Shown one piece after another: positions 37,144 to 47,397 of a stretch of DNA of 64,000 nt (its first letter is position 1; each line of letters opens with the position of its first letter). The translations under genes and the position numbers were made by a program. The notes beneath the pieces were generated by a model, which searched no databases, was not told the DNA's origin, and saw only the letters and a program-made list of their open reading frames with translations. The stretch comes from Wickerhamiella versatilis (lineage: Eukaryota): contig JAQOWU010000008.1 in the NCBI GenBank assembly GCA_030867685.1, forward strand, positions 3,224,001-3,288,000. The letters run 5' to 3'.

Positions 37144-38184
37144 TGTGGCCAATTTTGGTTGCTCGTGTTTTGGCGGTAGGCCAGATTAAACAAATAATAC
37201 TGTCAGATCTGACATTGACCTAACCCATAACACATGGTACGTCATGTCACTTCAAAGCCGTGGGTCCTGAAGAATATTACCAGTTCAGCAAATTCTTAAG
37301 AACGAATAGTGTCCAATGGTGATAATTCTGTCCTTTGCTAGAAAATTTTCAGGCTGCAATGAGGGGCGATGATTGCTCCATTACTAATGAACACATGATA
37401 TCGAGAAAGGTTCTGGATGAACGGAGCGGTTTAGTATTTGATGGAATACAAGTTGGCTTCATGGATAAGTCAAATTATGTCTATTGAAAAATCCCACTAC
37501 GAGATTCTCCCTATATCTGCGGATCTCATCTGAAGGCTTCCAGACAACATCCAATCTTAATAATCATAAAAAAAGACATAGGTTTCGGGTATGCTTGCAT
37601 GCAATTTTCTTGGATACCACGCAGGTTAGGGTTCATGGTTTATCCTGGGCCATCATCCTGGGCCCAGAAATCTTATGGGGGGCTTGGCGTCAACCTTTTT
37701 CGACCTTAAACTCTATGTCCGCGATTCAATAGTAGCCTAATTCCAGTATTTATTGTTTGACCGATAATTCTAGCCGGAAGGGAATTGAACAATTATTTAG
37801 TATCCTGCTCACTAACGTAGAAAATACGACTTTGCGTTTAAAACAGGCTCCTTCCCTCCAGAGTCGCCAGAATCTATTTAGCCCTTAAACCCAAGTTCAA
37901 TTAAAAAGAGAAGAGTTTATATGTGACTATCGCAGTTACAGGAACAAGTCCAGGCTATAGAGTTTCAGCACGATTTATAATAACGTCTCGGAATATTACC
38001 ATATTAACCAACGTTCAAAAACGAGTGGTTGAAATTACATCAGCTACACAACCGCAAATTCGACATTAATCGACCGTTTATTACTTGTTTACGCCAACAT
38101 TATATTAAAGAGTTACGAGCTTTTTTTTTGGTGGTCTGTTGGCGACATGCTTCCCAAAGCGGCAGGTGACTAATCACAATTCAC

Positions 38185-39024
38185 ATGGCCAACGCTGCTG
38201 CCGAGTTATATCGACGGAGTTCTCAGTATCGCTTATGGTCTTTCACAGAAGACCAGCTCACAACAAGAATATCGGAAAGACATGCTATGGCTGCATCGGA
38301 TGAATTGGCATTAACTCCCCAGGATGAACTCATTGTGGTACTTTATTACGCTTCGGAAAAAATTAAAGACTTCTGCGAGGTTTTCGCTTTACCCTCGCAG
38401 GTCCGAGCTACCTCGGTGGTTTTCTTTCGAAGATTCTACCTCGAAAACTCTGTCCTAGAGTATGACCCGAGACTTATGTTACCTACCTGTGTTTTTTTGG
38501 CCTCCAAGGCGGAAAACTACTTCATTCCTATAGCAAAATTTTGTGAGCCCCTTCCGGTGGAGCCTCCACAGATCATGCAGCTTGAATTTGCACTTCTCAA
38601 GGCGCTGAAGTTCACCTTGACCGTCCATAATGCACTCAAACCTCTTCATGGGTTCTTTCTTGACATGCAGGCAAACACCGAGGGATTCGAGGTTGCGGAG
38701 CTTGCCACAATCCATGATTCGGCCAAAAAAATCATTATTGATGCTTTCGTCTCAGATGTGGTGTTCCTTTATACGCCCACACATATCGCTCTTGCGGCAC
38801 TTATGGAAGTTAATGAGTTGTTGACGACGCAGTACATGGCATCATGTATGGATGGACCCAATACTTCTCTTGATAAACTGCTTGAGATGGTCCAGGCCTG
38901 CCGCCAAAAGCTCTTTGTGGCCCAACCACCCAAAGCAGAAGTCAAGGCCATCGTTAAGAAGCTAGTTGCTCACCATAAAACAAGACACTTGGAAGGCCCA
39001 CCGCAGAAACGCATGAAGGTGTGA
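38185..39024 (+). CDS. CCL1: Cyclin H (TFIIK subunit)
   Basis: LYRRSSQYRLWSF, FFRRFYL, FLASKAENYFI and KPLHGFFLDMQ motifs. Confidence 0.92.
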   Translation: MANAAAELYRRSSQYRLWSFTEDQLTTRISERHAMAASDELALTPQDELIVVLYYASEKIKDFCEVFALPSQVRATSVVFFRRFYLENSVLEYDPRLMLPTCVFLASKAENYFIPIAKFCEPLPVEPPQIMQLEFALLKALKFTLTVHNALKPLHGFFLDMQANTEGFEVAELATIHDSAKKIIIDAFVSDVVFLYTPTHIALAALMEVNELLTTQYMASCMDGPNTSLDKLLEMVQACRQKLFVAQPPKAEVKAIVKKLVAHHKTRHLEGPPQKRMKV

Positions 39025-39113
39025 GGTTTAATATCTGTTCGCGCAGGCGCGATGGGTATTTTATGTAAAAACGATTGACTGTTATAGTAATTAATAGATT
39101 AATGCAAATTAAA

Positions 39114-41072
39114 TTAAGCCAACCCGAAGATGAGCGCAAGAAACGACTTAGCACGATGCGTGTAATTATACCAACGTGATTCCAAAGAAGAAACCTTGGT
39201 AGCAAAAAGATTTATAGACTGTTCAAGTTCGGTGAGCTGCAAATTGAGAGCTCCGGATTCATAGTCAAGACGAGACTTCAAGGCTTCCAGTTCGTTCATT
39301 CGGCTGCGCACTGAGGTCTCCTTTCTATTAGATGCTCGAACTTGAAATCTAAGCAGTGACTGTGACCTGTATTCGGAGTTCAGTTGCTTTTCATGAGCCT
39401 TTGCATCCTCCGTGAGTTTTTTGATGCGTTGAAATCCTTTAGGCAGGATGCTCTGCACTTCGAAGCTTAACCTCTTGTAGTCTGCAGTTAGGCGGGATAA
39501 TTCCTCCTCGCTGACATCCGGTCCCCCAACTCCAGTTGGACAAACAGCTTCCTCAACTTCTGAAAGCGACAGGCATGGTCTCAAAGAAATGTTATCCCAG
39601 TCGCCTGCGGCACTTTTCTGCTTGATTTCGCTGTCATCATGAGACTTTCCAAGCAGTAAGGAATGCCCTAAGTGTTCTTTTGGCTTCTCTGGAGAGATCG
39701 CACTGCCATGAGATGCGGTATGTTCCTGTTTATCTTCGTGGGGTTGATGAAACTGGAACCAACCGGAATCGCTCCGTCCATGTTCAGCATATCGGAACCT
39801 TTCATTTGGACTAGCCTCCGATATAGTTGACACTTGCAACTCGTGGGAAGTATGCGCTTCCTTACGCCGCGATAGAATTCCATGCTTTTCCGAAGCTACC
39901 GAGTCATCGTATGTAAGTAAAGAGACGGTAGGAATCCCACTCACCTTACCAACACTGGTAATATTTCCAATGTGACGCTTGGGGGCCTCTTTACCTTGCC
40001 ATAAATATCTACCTCGTGGACCTCGTATGTTCTTGGCCAGCGTTTCAAGGTTAGTTGTCTCCCAATCATCCATCACAGACAAGGCCTTGCCCGAAAAACC
40101 TTCTTTCACCGTAGATTTCATGGCTCGCAGAAGATCACGGTTAGAATCCACTTGTTTTCCGCTAGAATTTATAAGTTTCCAGAAAGTGGCCTCATCAAGT
40201 TTCTGAGTTTTTGGGAGCCGCTCACTTTTTTGAAAGCGTCTAATCGCAAGTAAGAAGTTTTCTGGATCGAAAGGATCCTTAGGGGGTGAAAAGTTAAGAG
40301 CGCGAAGACGCTGTCTACACCCAGTAACGCTCCCCACCAACGCAGTTATAGAAATGACCAAATACAGCTTTTCCGTAGGACTTGGTTTCCTGAAGCGTTT
40401 GAATCCAAATTGGGCCCACCATTGTTGCAAGGCTCTCAGCGTATAGTCACAGAGTAGTCCATCAACGTACTGCGGATGTAGAAAGTCAAAATAAAAAAGC
40501 GATAGTTGCAGCAATGTTACGAGCTCACGGACAGCAAATGTACCTGGAACAGACCAGTCGATCTTGAACATTTGACGAAAATTCGCGACGACCGCTTCAC
40601 TTGGTTCTTCGGCGGTTACCACCATTCTGCCCACACATCCCAATCGCCTTAAGTCTTCGTTAACAATAAATCGTGGGAAACCAAGCAGATATGACGATGG
40701 AATAGCAACTAGATTTAAATTGGATGGTAGAGACCCGAGATTAGTGACAAGCATACGTCCTTGTGGGATGTCCTTGGGCAAAATATGCATTCGTAACAAT
40801 TCCTCGAAAAAATTGAAGGTAACCGAGCTCCATAATTGAGAGTCTTTTGGTACAAGCAAGATATTTACGTATAACTCGTGCTGTTGATTGCCTGTGAAAG
40901 AAGCAACAACCGTATTTGACCGACGCTCTACTGCCCACTGTTCAATGATATAGCCTTCATATCCCAGAACTTTGAAATTGCGTTCCACAGCACTGCACTC
41001 CGGCTGAGCACATAGCCGTTCGAAGGCTAGTGAGTCCGCAAAGAGATATGATATCATCTCATCTGCGGACAT
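39114..41072 (-). CDS. Stb2/Stb6-like Sin3-binding protein
   Basis: GYEGYIIEQWAVER, VTNLGSLPSNL, NEDLRRLGCVGR, DGLLCDYT, PKDPF; C-terminal coiled coil. Confidence 0.82.
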   Translation of the reverse strand: MSADEMISYLFADSLAFERLCAQPECSAVERNFKVLGYEGYIIEQWAVERRSNTVVASFTGNQQHELYVNILLVPKDSQLWSSVTFNFFEELLRMHILPKDIPQGRMLVTNLGSLPSNLNLVAIPSSYLLGFPRFIVNEDLRRLGCVGRMVVTAEEPSEAVVANFRQMFKIDWSVPGTFAVRELVTLLQLSLFYFDFLHPQYVDGLLCDYTLRALQQWWAQFGFKRFRKPSPTEKLYLVISITALVGSVTGCRQRLRALNFSPPKDPFDPENFLLAIRRFQKSERLPKTQKLDEATFWKLINSSGKQVDSNRDLLRAMKSTVKEGFSGKALSVMDDWETTNLETLAKNIRGPRGRYLWQGKEAPKRHIGNITSVGKVSGIPTVSLLTYDDSVASEKHGILSRRKEAHTSHELQVSTISEASPNERFRYAEHGRSDSGWFQFHQPHEDKQEHTASHGSAISPEKPKEHLGHSLLLGKSHDDSEIKQKSAAGDWDNISLRPCLSLSEVEEAVCPTGVGGPDVSEEELSRLTADYKRLSFEVQSILPKGFQRIKKLTEDAKAHEKQLNSEYRSQSLLRFQVRASNRKETSVRSRMNELEALKSRLDYESGALNLQLTELEQSINLFATKVSSLESRWYNYTHRAKSFLALIFGLA

Positions 41073-41570
41073 AATGCCACTATTGATGACTAACACCTTG
41101 CAACCAAGCCTCTATAAGGTCTTCAGTATACTATTAACAGCATTGGAGAAAATTGTGCGGGCGACACTTAACTTAGTCTAAAAGAAGTATATAGGCCATT
41201 GCGCTGTGGTTTGTGATAACATAACGTTCACTTGATGAGTTACAGAATTTGTAATAGAATTGTCAATTCTTGTATGGTATTTTCGAAGCTGTCCACAGCA
41301 AAGCATATAATCTCAGTATATTTTAAAAACAAGTCGGTAAAAATGACTTTGATAACTTTGCCTTTTTATATTTTTGAGTTCAACGTTCGGTAGCTGTCAG
41401 TGACAACTTTTTGCGTTGAGTCAGAAAGGGCTAGTAATGCCGCGAATTATTTCTACTTAGTCCTTTGAATATTTTTGATAAATGTGCCAAAAAATAGAGT
41501 ATTGATGCGCGAATCCGTTCTAATGACTCTCCACACACGGGATGAGATGACGTGTATTTTCGTCAGCAGC

Positions 41571-43997
41571 ATGCCAAGGGAGGCCATATTTCGCTCTGCT
41601 CCTATGGCACTGGTGCAGTTCTATGTCACGAATGAAACAGCTCGTGATGTAGCAGGCACCCTGGGCTTGCTTGGCTGTGTGGACTTTCGGGATCTCAATG
41701 CGAGCGCGAGTAATTCCAGTCGCACGTTTGTATCTGCGATAAGACGACTGGATGAAACAATGCGAATAGTTAGCGGGCTAATGTCAGATGTTTCCTCCGC
41801 TCATATTGAGGTTACCGATCAGCGGGCGGCAATGCTCGAACCGCTTGGTCCCGCAGGTGACATAGATGAGATTATAGACCAGGTTCGGAGTGCCTCAGAG
41901 CGAATCAACAAATTGGCAGACTTCAGAAATGATCTCGCCCAGAAAAGAGATATCCTCCTGGAACGTAGACAGGTTCTACGCTTCTGTGATTCTCTGTTTA
42001 CCGGCGACTCAAAGTCTCACGATGGCGATACATCAGGTGTGGATGATGATGCTCCTTTATTAACGGCAGATGCGTTTAGTGATGACCCAGAAATAGCTCT
42101 ACACCGAGTGAGTGGCCCGCCTGTGATAGCAGGAACAATAGCGCGTGCGAAGTACAGTGCATTTGAGCGCTTATGCTGGCGGGTATCACGCGGTAATCTT
42201 TTTCTAAGGAACTTTGCCATAGAAGATTCTGTCTCTGAGGTTTTGAAAGATGCTTTTGTATGTTATTCGCACGGTGATGTCACTAATCAACGAATTAAGC
42301 GTATTGCTGAAAGCATGGACGCATTCTTGGTGGTGGTTGATCAAGACTTAGACTTACGCCAGACTGAAGTTGAGGGCTGTAACAACCAGCTTGTGGAAAT
42401 ATTCACGGTATTAGACCAGGCCAATGACTCATTACTTGTCGAACTTACGGCGCTGAAAGATTCCCTTGGCCTCTGGATGGCCCTACTTTTAAAAGAAAAA
42501 GCAACATATGAGGTCCTGAACAAGTTCAATCTAGATTCAGGCAGGCGGTCTCTCATAGCAGAGGCATGGGTGCCAAGAGATGAGATGGATCATATCAGAA
42601 GTGTGCTCCACGAATTTACTGGAACAGTATTGCATGAGGTTCACACGAATTTGAAGCCGCCAACTTTTCATCGGACGAACAAAGTCACCCAAGCTTTTCA
42701 AGCAATGGTTGACATCTATGGCGTTGCCCGTTATCAAGAAGTGAACCCTGGTCTTCCTACTATTATTACATTCCCTTTTATGTTCGCCGTCATGTTTGGT
42801 GATTTGGGGCATGGATTTATCGTTATGCTTGCTGCAACTTATTTAATTCTCAGAGAGAAGTATTTTTCTCAGCAGAGACGAGAGGAAATATTTGATATGG
42901 CATTCACTGGCCGCTATGTGCTTTTGTTCATGGGGTTATTCTCCATGTACACAGGTTTTTGTTACAATGATGTATTCTCAAAACCAATAACTTTGTTTAA
43001 GAGTGGTTGGGGCTGGCCTCGACCGTCGCAAGCCGGTGAAACCATTACTGCTGGATTCAAACATGCCTATTACTTTGGTATTGACCCTTCTTGGCACCCC
43101 GCTGAAAATAGCTTGCTATTCCTCAACTCTTATAAAATGAAACTCTCGGTCCTGCTTGGGTTTGTTCATATGACTTATTCATTGTGTTTCCAGTATGTCA
43201 ATGCCCGCTTTTTCCATTCATGGGTTGATATAGTAGGTAACTTCATTCCTGGGATGCTGTTTATGCAGTCTATATTTGGATACTTGTCACTTACCATCAT
43301 CTATAAGTGGTGCATTAAATGGGATGGTAGTGATGCGCCGGGTCTCTTAACTATGCTCATTGATATGTTTCTTAGCCCAGGTAAGATCGAGACACCGCTT
43401 TATCGAGGCCAGAAGGTGGTTCAGATGCTCCTTCTTGTTCTGGCCCTTGTTTGTATTCCTTGGTTGCTTCTATTTAAACCAATATATCTCTACAGACAAA
43501 ACAAGCGTGCTCAGGCGGCAGGTTATCGTGATATTTATACTCAAGTCCATGATTCAGCTGTATATGTTATTGAAGAAGAGGCTGGGGACGATATGGCAGT
43601 GCAGGCACTGGAAGATCCTCATGAAAAGTTCGAATTTGGGGAAATAATGGTCCATCAGGTTATCCACACCATTGAATTCTGTCTCAACTGTGTCTCTCAC
43701 ACGGCATCATATCTCCGATTATGGGCTTTGTCGCTTGCCCATAACCAGCTCTCATCCGTATTGTGGGACATGACACTTGCTAATGCTTTCGGTCCTACCG
43801 GCGTGAAAGGAGTGGTATTGGTGGTATGTCTCTTCGCTATGTGGTTTGTCATTACCGTGCTTGTATTGGTTTGCATGGAGGGCACTTCGGCCATGCTCCA
43901 TTCGCTAAGGTTGCATTGGGTAGAGGCCATGTCAAAGCACTTTGAAGGTGAAGGTTTGGCGTTCGAACCGTTCTCTTTTAGAAGGTTACAGGAGTAA
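41571..43997 (+). CDS. VPH1: V-ATPase V0 subunit a (Vph1/Stv1 family)
   Basis: EAIFRS, FRDLN, FMFAVMFGDLGHG, HQVIHTIEFCL, SHTASYLRLWALSLAH and RLHWVE motifs. Confidence 0.9.
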   Translation: MPREAIFRSAPMALVQFYVTNETARDVAGTLGLLGCVDFRDLNASASNSSRTFVSAIRRLDETMRIVSGLMSDVSSAHIEVTDQRAAMLEPLGPAGDIDEIIDQVRSASERINKLADFRNDLAQKRDILLERRQVLRFCDSLFTGDSKSHDGDTSGVDDDAPLLTADAFSDDPEIALHRVSGPPVIAGTIARAKYSAFERLCWRVSRGNLFLRNFAIEDSVSEVLKDAFVCYSHGDVTNQRIKRIAESMDAFLVVVDQDLDLRQTEVEGCNNQLVEIFTVLDQANDSLLVELTALKDSLGLWMALLLKEKATYEVLNKFNLDSGRRSLIAEAWVPRDEMDHIRSVLHEFTGTVLHEVHTNLKPPTFHRTNKVTQAFQAMVDIYGVARYQEVNPGLPTIITFPFMFAVMFGDLGHGFIVMLAATYLILREKYFSQQRREEIFDMAFTGRYVLLFMGLFSMYTGFCYNDVFSKPITLFKSGWGWPRPSQAGETITAGFKHAYYFGIDPSWHPAENSLLFLNSYKMKLSVLLGFVHMTYSLCFQYVNARFFHSWVDIVGNFIPGMLFMQSIFGYLSLTIIYKWCIKWDGSDAPGLLTMLIDMFLSPGKIETPLYRGQKVVQMLLLVLALVCIPWLLLFKPIYLYRQNKRAQAAGYRDIYTQVHDSAVYVIEEEAGDDMAVQALEDPHEKFEFGEIMVHQVIHTIEFCLNCVSHTASYLRLWALSLAHNQLSSVLWDMTLANAFGPTGVKGVVLVVCLFAMWFVITVLVLVCMEGTSAMLHSLRLHWVEAMSKHFEGEGLAFEPFSFRRLQE

Positions 43998-44485
43998 TTC
44001 TATTGGTGAAAATGATAGCACCAGAGGGAATTTAGTCCATATAGATGCGTTGTGCCACACCATTCAACGGAACATAAAAAGAAAAGAAAATTGAATATAC
44101 GTATATAGAGGTTTTGCTTTGTTTTGTTTTGTATTGTTTTTTTTGACGGCATAGATGAAAAGTCATTGCCAATTCTGCATCGGGCATGTTTTGGCACTCT
44201 TGTCTTTGACATGCCCTTGATCATATTGTACAAATGGTAGGGAATTAGATATCTCAAGGTAAGATAGAAACTATATGAGCTAATTTGGTACAATAAGCAA
44301 TTGTCAAACATTATTATAAATAAGTTTTAGTTTTGAAGCGGCAATATTCATATATGGTAGCTGTGTTTTTTTTTCTGTTTTGTTCCTTCAAAAAGTCAAT
44401 CGAGTTCAGAGAATGGTAAATGAGTAGAGGACTGTGCGCAGTAGAGATTACTCATCATTGTTTAGGTTCCACAAGGCACACGTTC

Positions 44486-45442
44486 ATGGCTACTTCACAG
44501 ACACCACGGCTACGTACCAAAGCCAGTGTCATCCATAGAAGTAGGGATAGAATTGAGGAAATGATACATCATCCTCCTGACCTGCAAATAGGTGCCTTAC
44601 GTCAACTTCGGTATGAGGTTTTTGTTTCCGGCGTTACTTCCGACAAACTGGGGCATTGCCATTATAGAAGCTATCTCTGGACTATTCTCTTACAGGTGCC
44701 TATGGACAGAACTAAGCATTATGTTCGCCTCGTGATGAAAGGAGCGTCAAAGGCAGATACTAAAATTCGAAGTGACACTTTTCGTACCATGCAGGGTGAT
44801 AAAGCTTTTAAGCTCAAGGTGCCCGAATATGCCCTGCTCCGTGTTCTCAATGCCTATGTGTGGGACACAAGCTCTCCATATGTTCAAGGTATGAATGTAC
44901 TGGTGGCACCATTCCTTTATGTCTGTCGTTCCGAGAGTCAAGCATATCTCCTTTTTAATAGATTTATTCGGGGACAATGCCCACTGTATGTGACTTCGGA
45001 TCTTTCTGGTGTTAACACAGGTGTTAAACTCGTCAACCTACTGTTGGAGCTCATTGACCGCCGGCTCTACTTGCATCTGAAATCGAAGGTTCTCACAGCG
45101 GAAATTTGGGCATTTGCATCGGTACTCACATTTAGTGCCTGCACTCCACCACTGGCTGAGCTCCTACGTCTATGGGATTTATATTTGGCTTATGGAGTGC
45201 ATTTGAATATAGTCGCGGTAGTCGCGCAAGTGGTAGGTATACGTGACCAACTTCTTGCCACGCAGCAGCCTGTCACGCTATTAAGAAAAATGCCATCCCT
45301 ATGCGCCAACGAAATCAAAATGACGATGGTGACTCTTTTGCCAAAGATCCCAGAGAGCCTCTGGGATCTCATTCGGAGGCATACTTATGATCCCGATGTT
45401 CGGTTAGAGGCGACGGCTTACATGCAATCTCGGAGAGTTTAA
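44486..45442 (+). CDS. BUB2: Mitotic-exit GAP Bub2 (TBC domain)
   Basis: KIRSDTFRT, YVQGMNVLVAPF, FASVLTFSACTPPL, LWDLYLAYGVHLN; start could be 44420 or 44486. Confidence 0.92.
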   Translation: MATSQTPRLRTKASVIHRSRDRIEEMIHHPPDLQIGALRQLRYEVFVSGVTSDKLGHCHYRSYLWTILLQVPMDRTKHYVRLVMKGASKADTKIRSDTFRTMQGDKAFKLKVPEYALLRVLNAYVWDTSSPYVQGMNVLVAPFLYVCRSESQAYLLFNRFIRGQCPLYVTSDLSGVNTGVKLVNLLLELIDRRLYLHLKSKVLTAEIWAFASVLTFSACTPPLAELLRLWDLYLAYGVHLNIVAVVAQVVGIRDQLLATQQPVTLLRKMPSLCANEIKMTMVTLLPKIPESLWDLIRRHTYDPDVRLEATAYMQSRRV

Positions 45443-45702
45443 ACTGTATAAACATTGCATCTGAAACTATAAGATCGATTAGCTTCGTTCATGTATTTAC
45501 TAGCATCTTTTAATACTCAATAAATTAGCGCATTATATCAAGGCCATATCTTGCTTTGTGATTTGAACCCTTACTCCACGCGGTAAAGATTACCCCGTAC
45601 CCCGCGTCACATGGTCGCGATGTAATACGATGTGATATATGGTTATTAAAGGTGAATTCACTAGCATTAAAGATTCTTTGTTAAATTGACTAGCCAAGGA
45701 AA

Positions 45703-46749
45703 ATGATGAAAGCACTGGTCTACCAGGGTCCAGGTAAGAAGGCCTGGACCAATGTCTCGATGCCTAAGATTCAAAAGGCCACAGATGTTATAGTTAAAAT
45801 TAGCGAGACAACTATCTGTGGTACAGACTTGCACATTCTTAAGGGAGACACCCCTGAAGTTCCTAAGGGTCTAATACTCGGACATGAGGGACTGGGATCT
45901 GTAACCCATGTGGGCGATGCGGTTGCCAAATTTAAGCCAGGGGACGACGTAATTGTCTCTTGTATCAGTTCATGCGGCACCTGCGATAATTGCAAGCGCC
46001 AGCTTCCTGCACACTGTGATGACGGGGGTTGGATATTGGGCCACCTTATCAATGGAACTCAGGCAGAATACGTAAGAGTTCCTCACGGTGACAACTCCTT
46101 GTATAAAATTCCTCCCGGGGCTAACCGGGAATCAATGTTAATGCTTTCCGACATTTTACCGACAGGGTTTGAAATGGGTGTCCAATATGGCGAAGTTAAG
46201 CCTGGTGATACGATCGCCATAGTAGGAGCCGGACCTGTAGGTATGGCAAGTCTCTTGACATCCCAATTTTACAGTCCAGGTAAGATTATCATCATCGATC
46301 TAGATGCTGAAAGGTTAGAGGCGGCTAAGAGTTTCGGAGCCACCGATGCTATTGTGGTCGGCAAGGAAAATGCTGAGGAAAAGGTCATGGAGTTGACAGA
46401 TGGAAAGGGTGTGGATGTTGCCATAGAGGCAGTAGGGATCCCACAGACGTTTGCCACATGCCAGAGGATTGTAGGTGTTGGTGGCCATATAGCAAATGTC
46501 GGTGTTCATGGCAAACCAGTGTCATTGGAATTACAGGACCTGTGGATCAAAAATCTGACTATATCTGCCGGCCTTGTCAATGCAACTACAACAGGTATGC
46601 TTCTGAAAGCTCTAAATACAGGTCGGATAGATCCATCAAAACTGGTTACTCACCGGTTTAAACTCAATGAGATCGAACAAGCTTATGAAGTTTTCGGAAA
46701 TGCGGCTGAAAGCAAGGCAATGAAGGTTCTGTTGTCTGCTCGAACATAA
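45703..46749 (+). CDS. Zinc-dependent medium-chain alcohol dehydrogenase, bacterial-type (FDH-like subfamily)
   Basis: MKALVYQGPG, TICGTDLHILKGD, GHEG, four-Cys structural Zn site, LSDILPTGFE, GAGPVG; Asp in IIDLD suggests NAD preference. Confidence 0.9.
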   Translation: MMKALVYQGPGKKAWTNVSMPKIQKATDVIVKISETTICGTDLHILKGDTPEVPKGLILGHEGLGSVTHVGDAVAKFKPGDDVIVSCISSCGTCDNCKRQLPAHCDDGGWILGHLINGTQAEYVRVPHGDNSLYKIPPGANRESMLMLSDILPTGFEMGVQYGEVKPGDTIAIVGAGPVGMASLLTSQFYSPGKIIIIDLDAERLEAAKSFGATDAIVVGKENAEEKVMELTDGKGVDVAIEAVGIPQTFATCQRIVGVGGHIANVGVHGKPVSLELQDLWIKNLTISAGLVNATTTGMLLKALNTGRIDPSKLVTHRFKLNEIEQAYEVFGNAAESKAMKVLLSART

Positions 46750-46768
46750 AACTAAGTTCTAATCTACA

Positions 46769-47152
46769 TTATTTTGTAACTTGTAACTTGTTATATTTCA
46801 GAGCACCTTTTTTTTGTCCGGGTGTTACTTTGCGGGATCGGTGCTGCATACCAATTACGCCGCTTCTACGTTTTCGCTCTTTGGCTCGTTCTCGGGCAAA
46901 CCACGATGCAATGCGCTCAGCAGGTATGCCAGTAGCTTCAGCCAGAATACCTTTTTCTTTCTTCGTTGGATATTTCGAATAGTAGTTATACCAATTTAGT
47001 AGATAACCAACTTCTTCTCTAGGCATCTTCATGTTAAATGCCCAAGGTGGCATACGCTTGATTGCAGACGTAAAACAACGCCTATATTCCCTATCATTAT
47101 CCCACTCCTGAATAATTTCTGCGCGATCTCTTCTTAATTGTGCTAGGCGCAT
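46769..47152 (-). CDS. Small divergent homeodomain protein (127 aa)
   Basis: YLLNWY...KYPTKKEKGILAEATGIPAERIASWFARERAKERK fits the three-helix homeodomain pattern; basic tail. Confidence 0.75.
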   Translation of the reverse strand: MRLAQLRRDRAEIIQEWDNDREYRRCFTSAIKRMPPWAFNMKMPREEVGYLLNWYNYYSKYPTKKEKGILAEATGIPAERIASWFARERAKERKRRSGVIGMQHRSRKVTPGQKKGALKYNKLQVTK

Positions 47153-47397
47153 ATTGGATCAGATAACCTTGCCCTGAACACCAGAGGTTCGGTTCAAGGC
47201 GCCTTAGACACATACAATAAAGCCACGCCAGGTGTGGGAACGCTTTTAGGCCATAATATGCAGAGAATCGATACATTAAGATCAGAAAATTAACACAAAC
47301 ATAGAATACATAGAATACATACAGACATACGTAACACAGCATAAACAAAAATAATAAATAATGAACAAAAAACTTCTAAGCCTAAAGTGCATAAAAA

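Noticed and set aside
44000..44311. 103-aa intergenic ORF (also 37484-37732 and 47097-47348)
   Set aside because: Low-complexity, AT-rich terminator or promoter sequence with no protein motifs
45443..47397. Calling this region a mating-type locus
   Set aside because: No HMG/alpha-box partner gene and none of the usual neighbours (SLA2, APN2, DIC1); SLA1 is unrelated to SLA2
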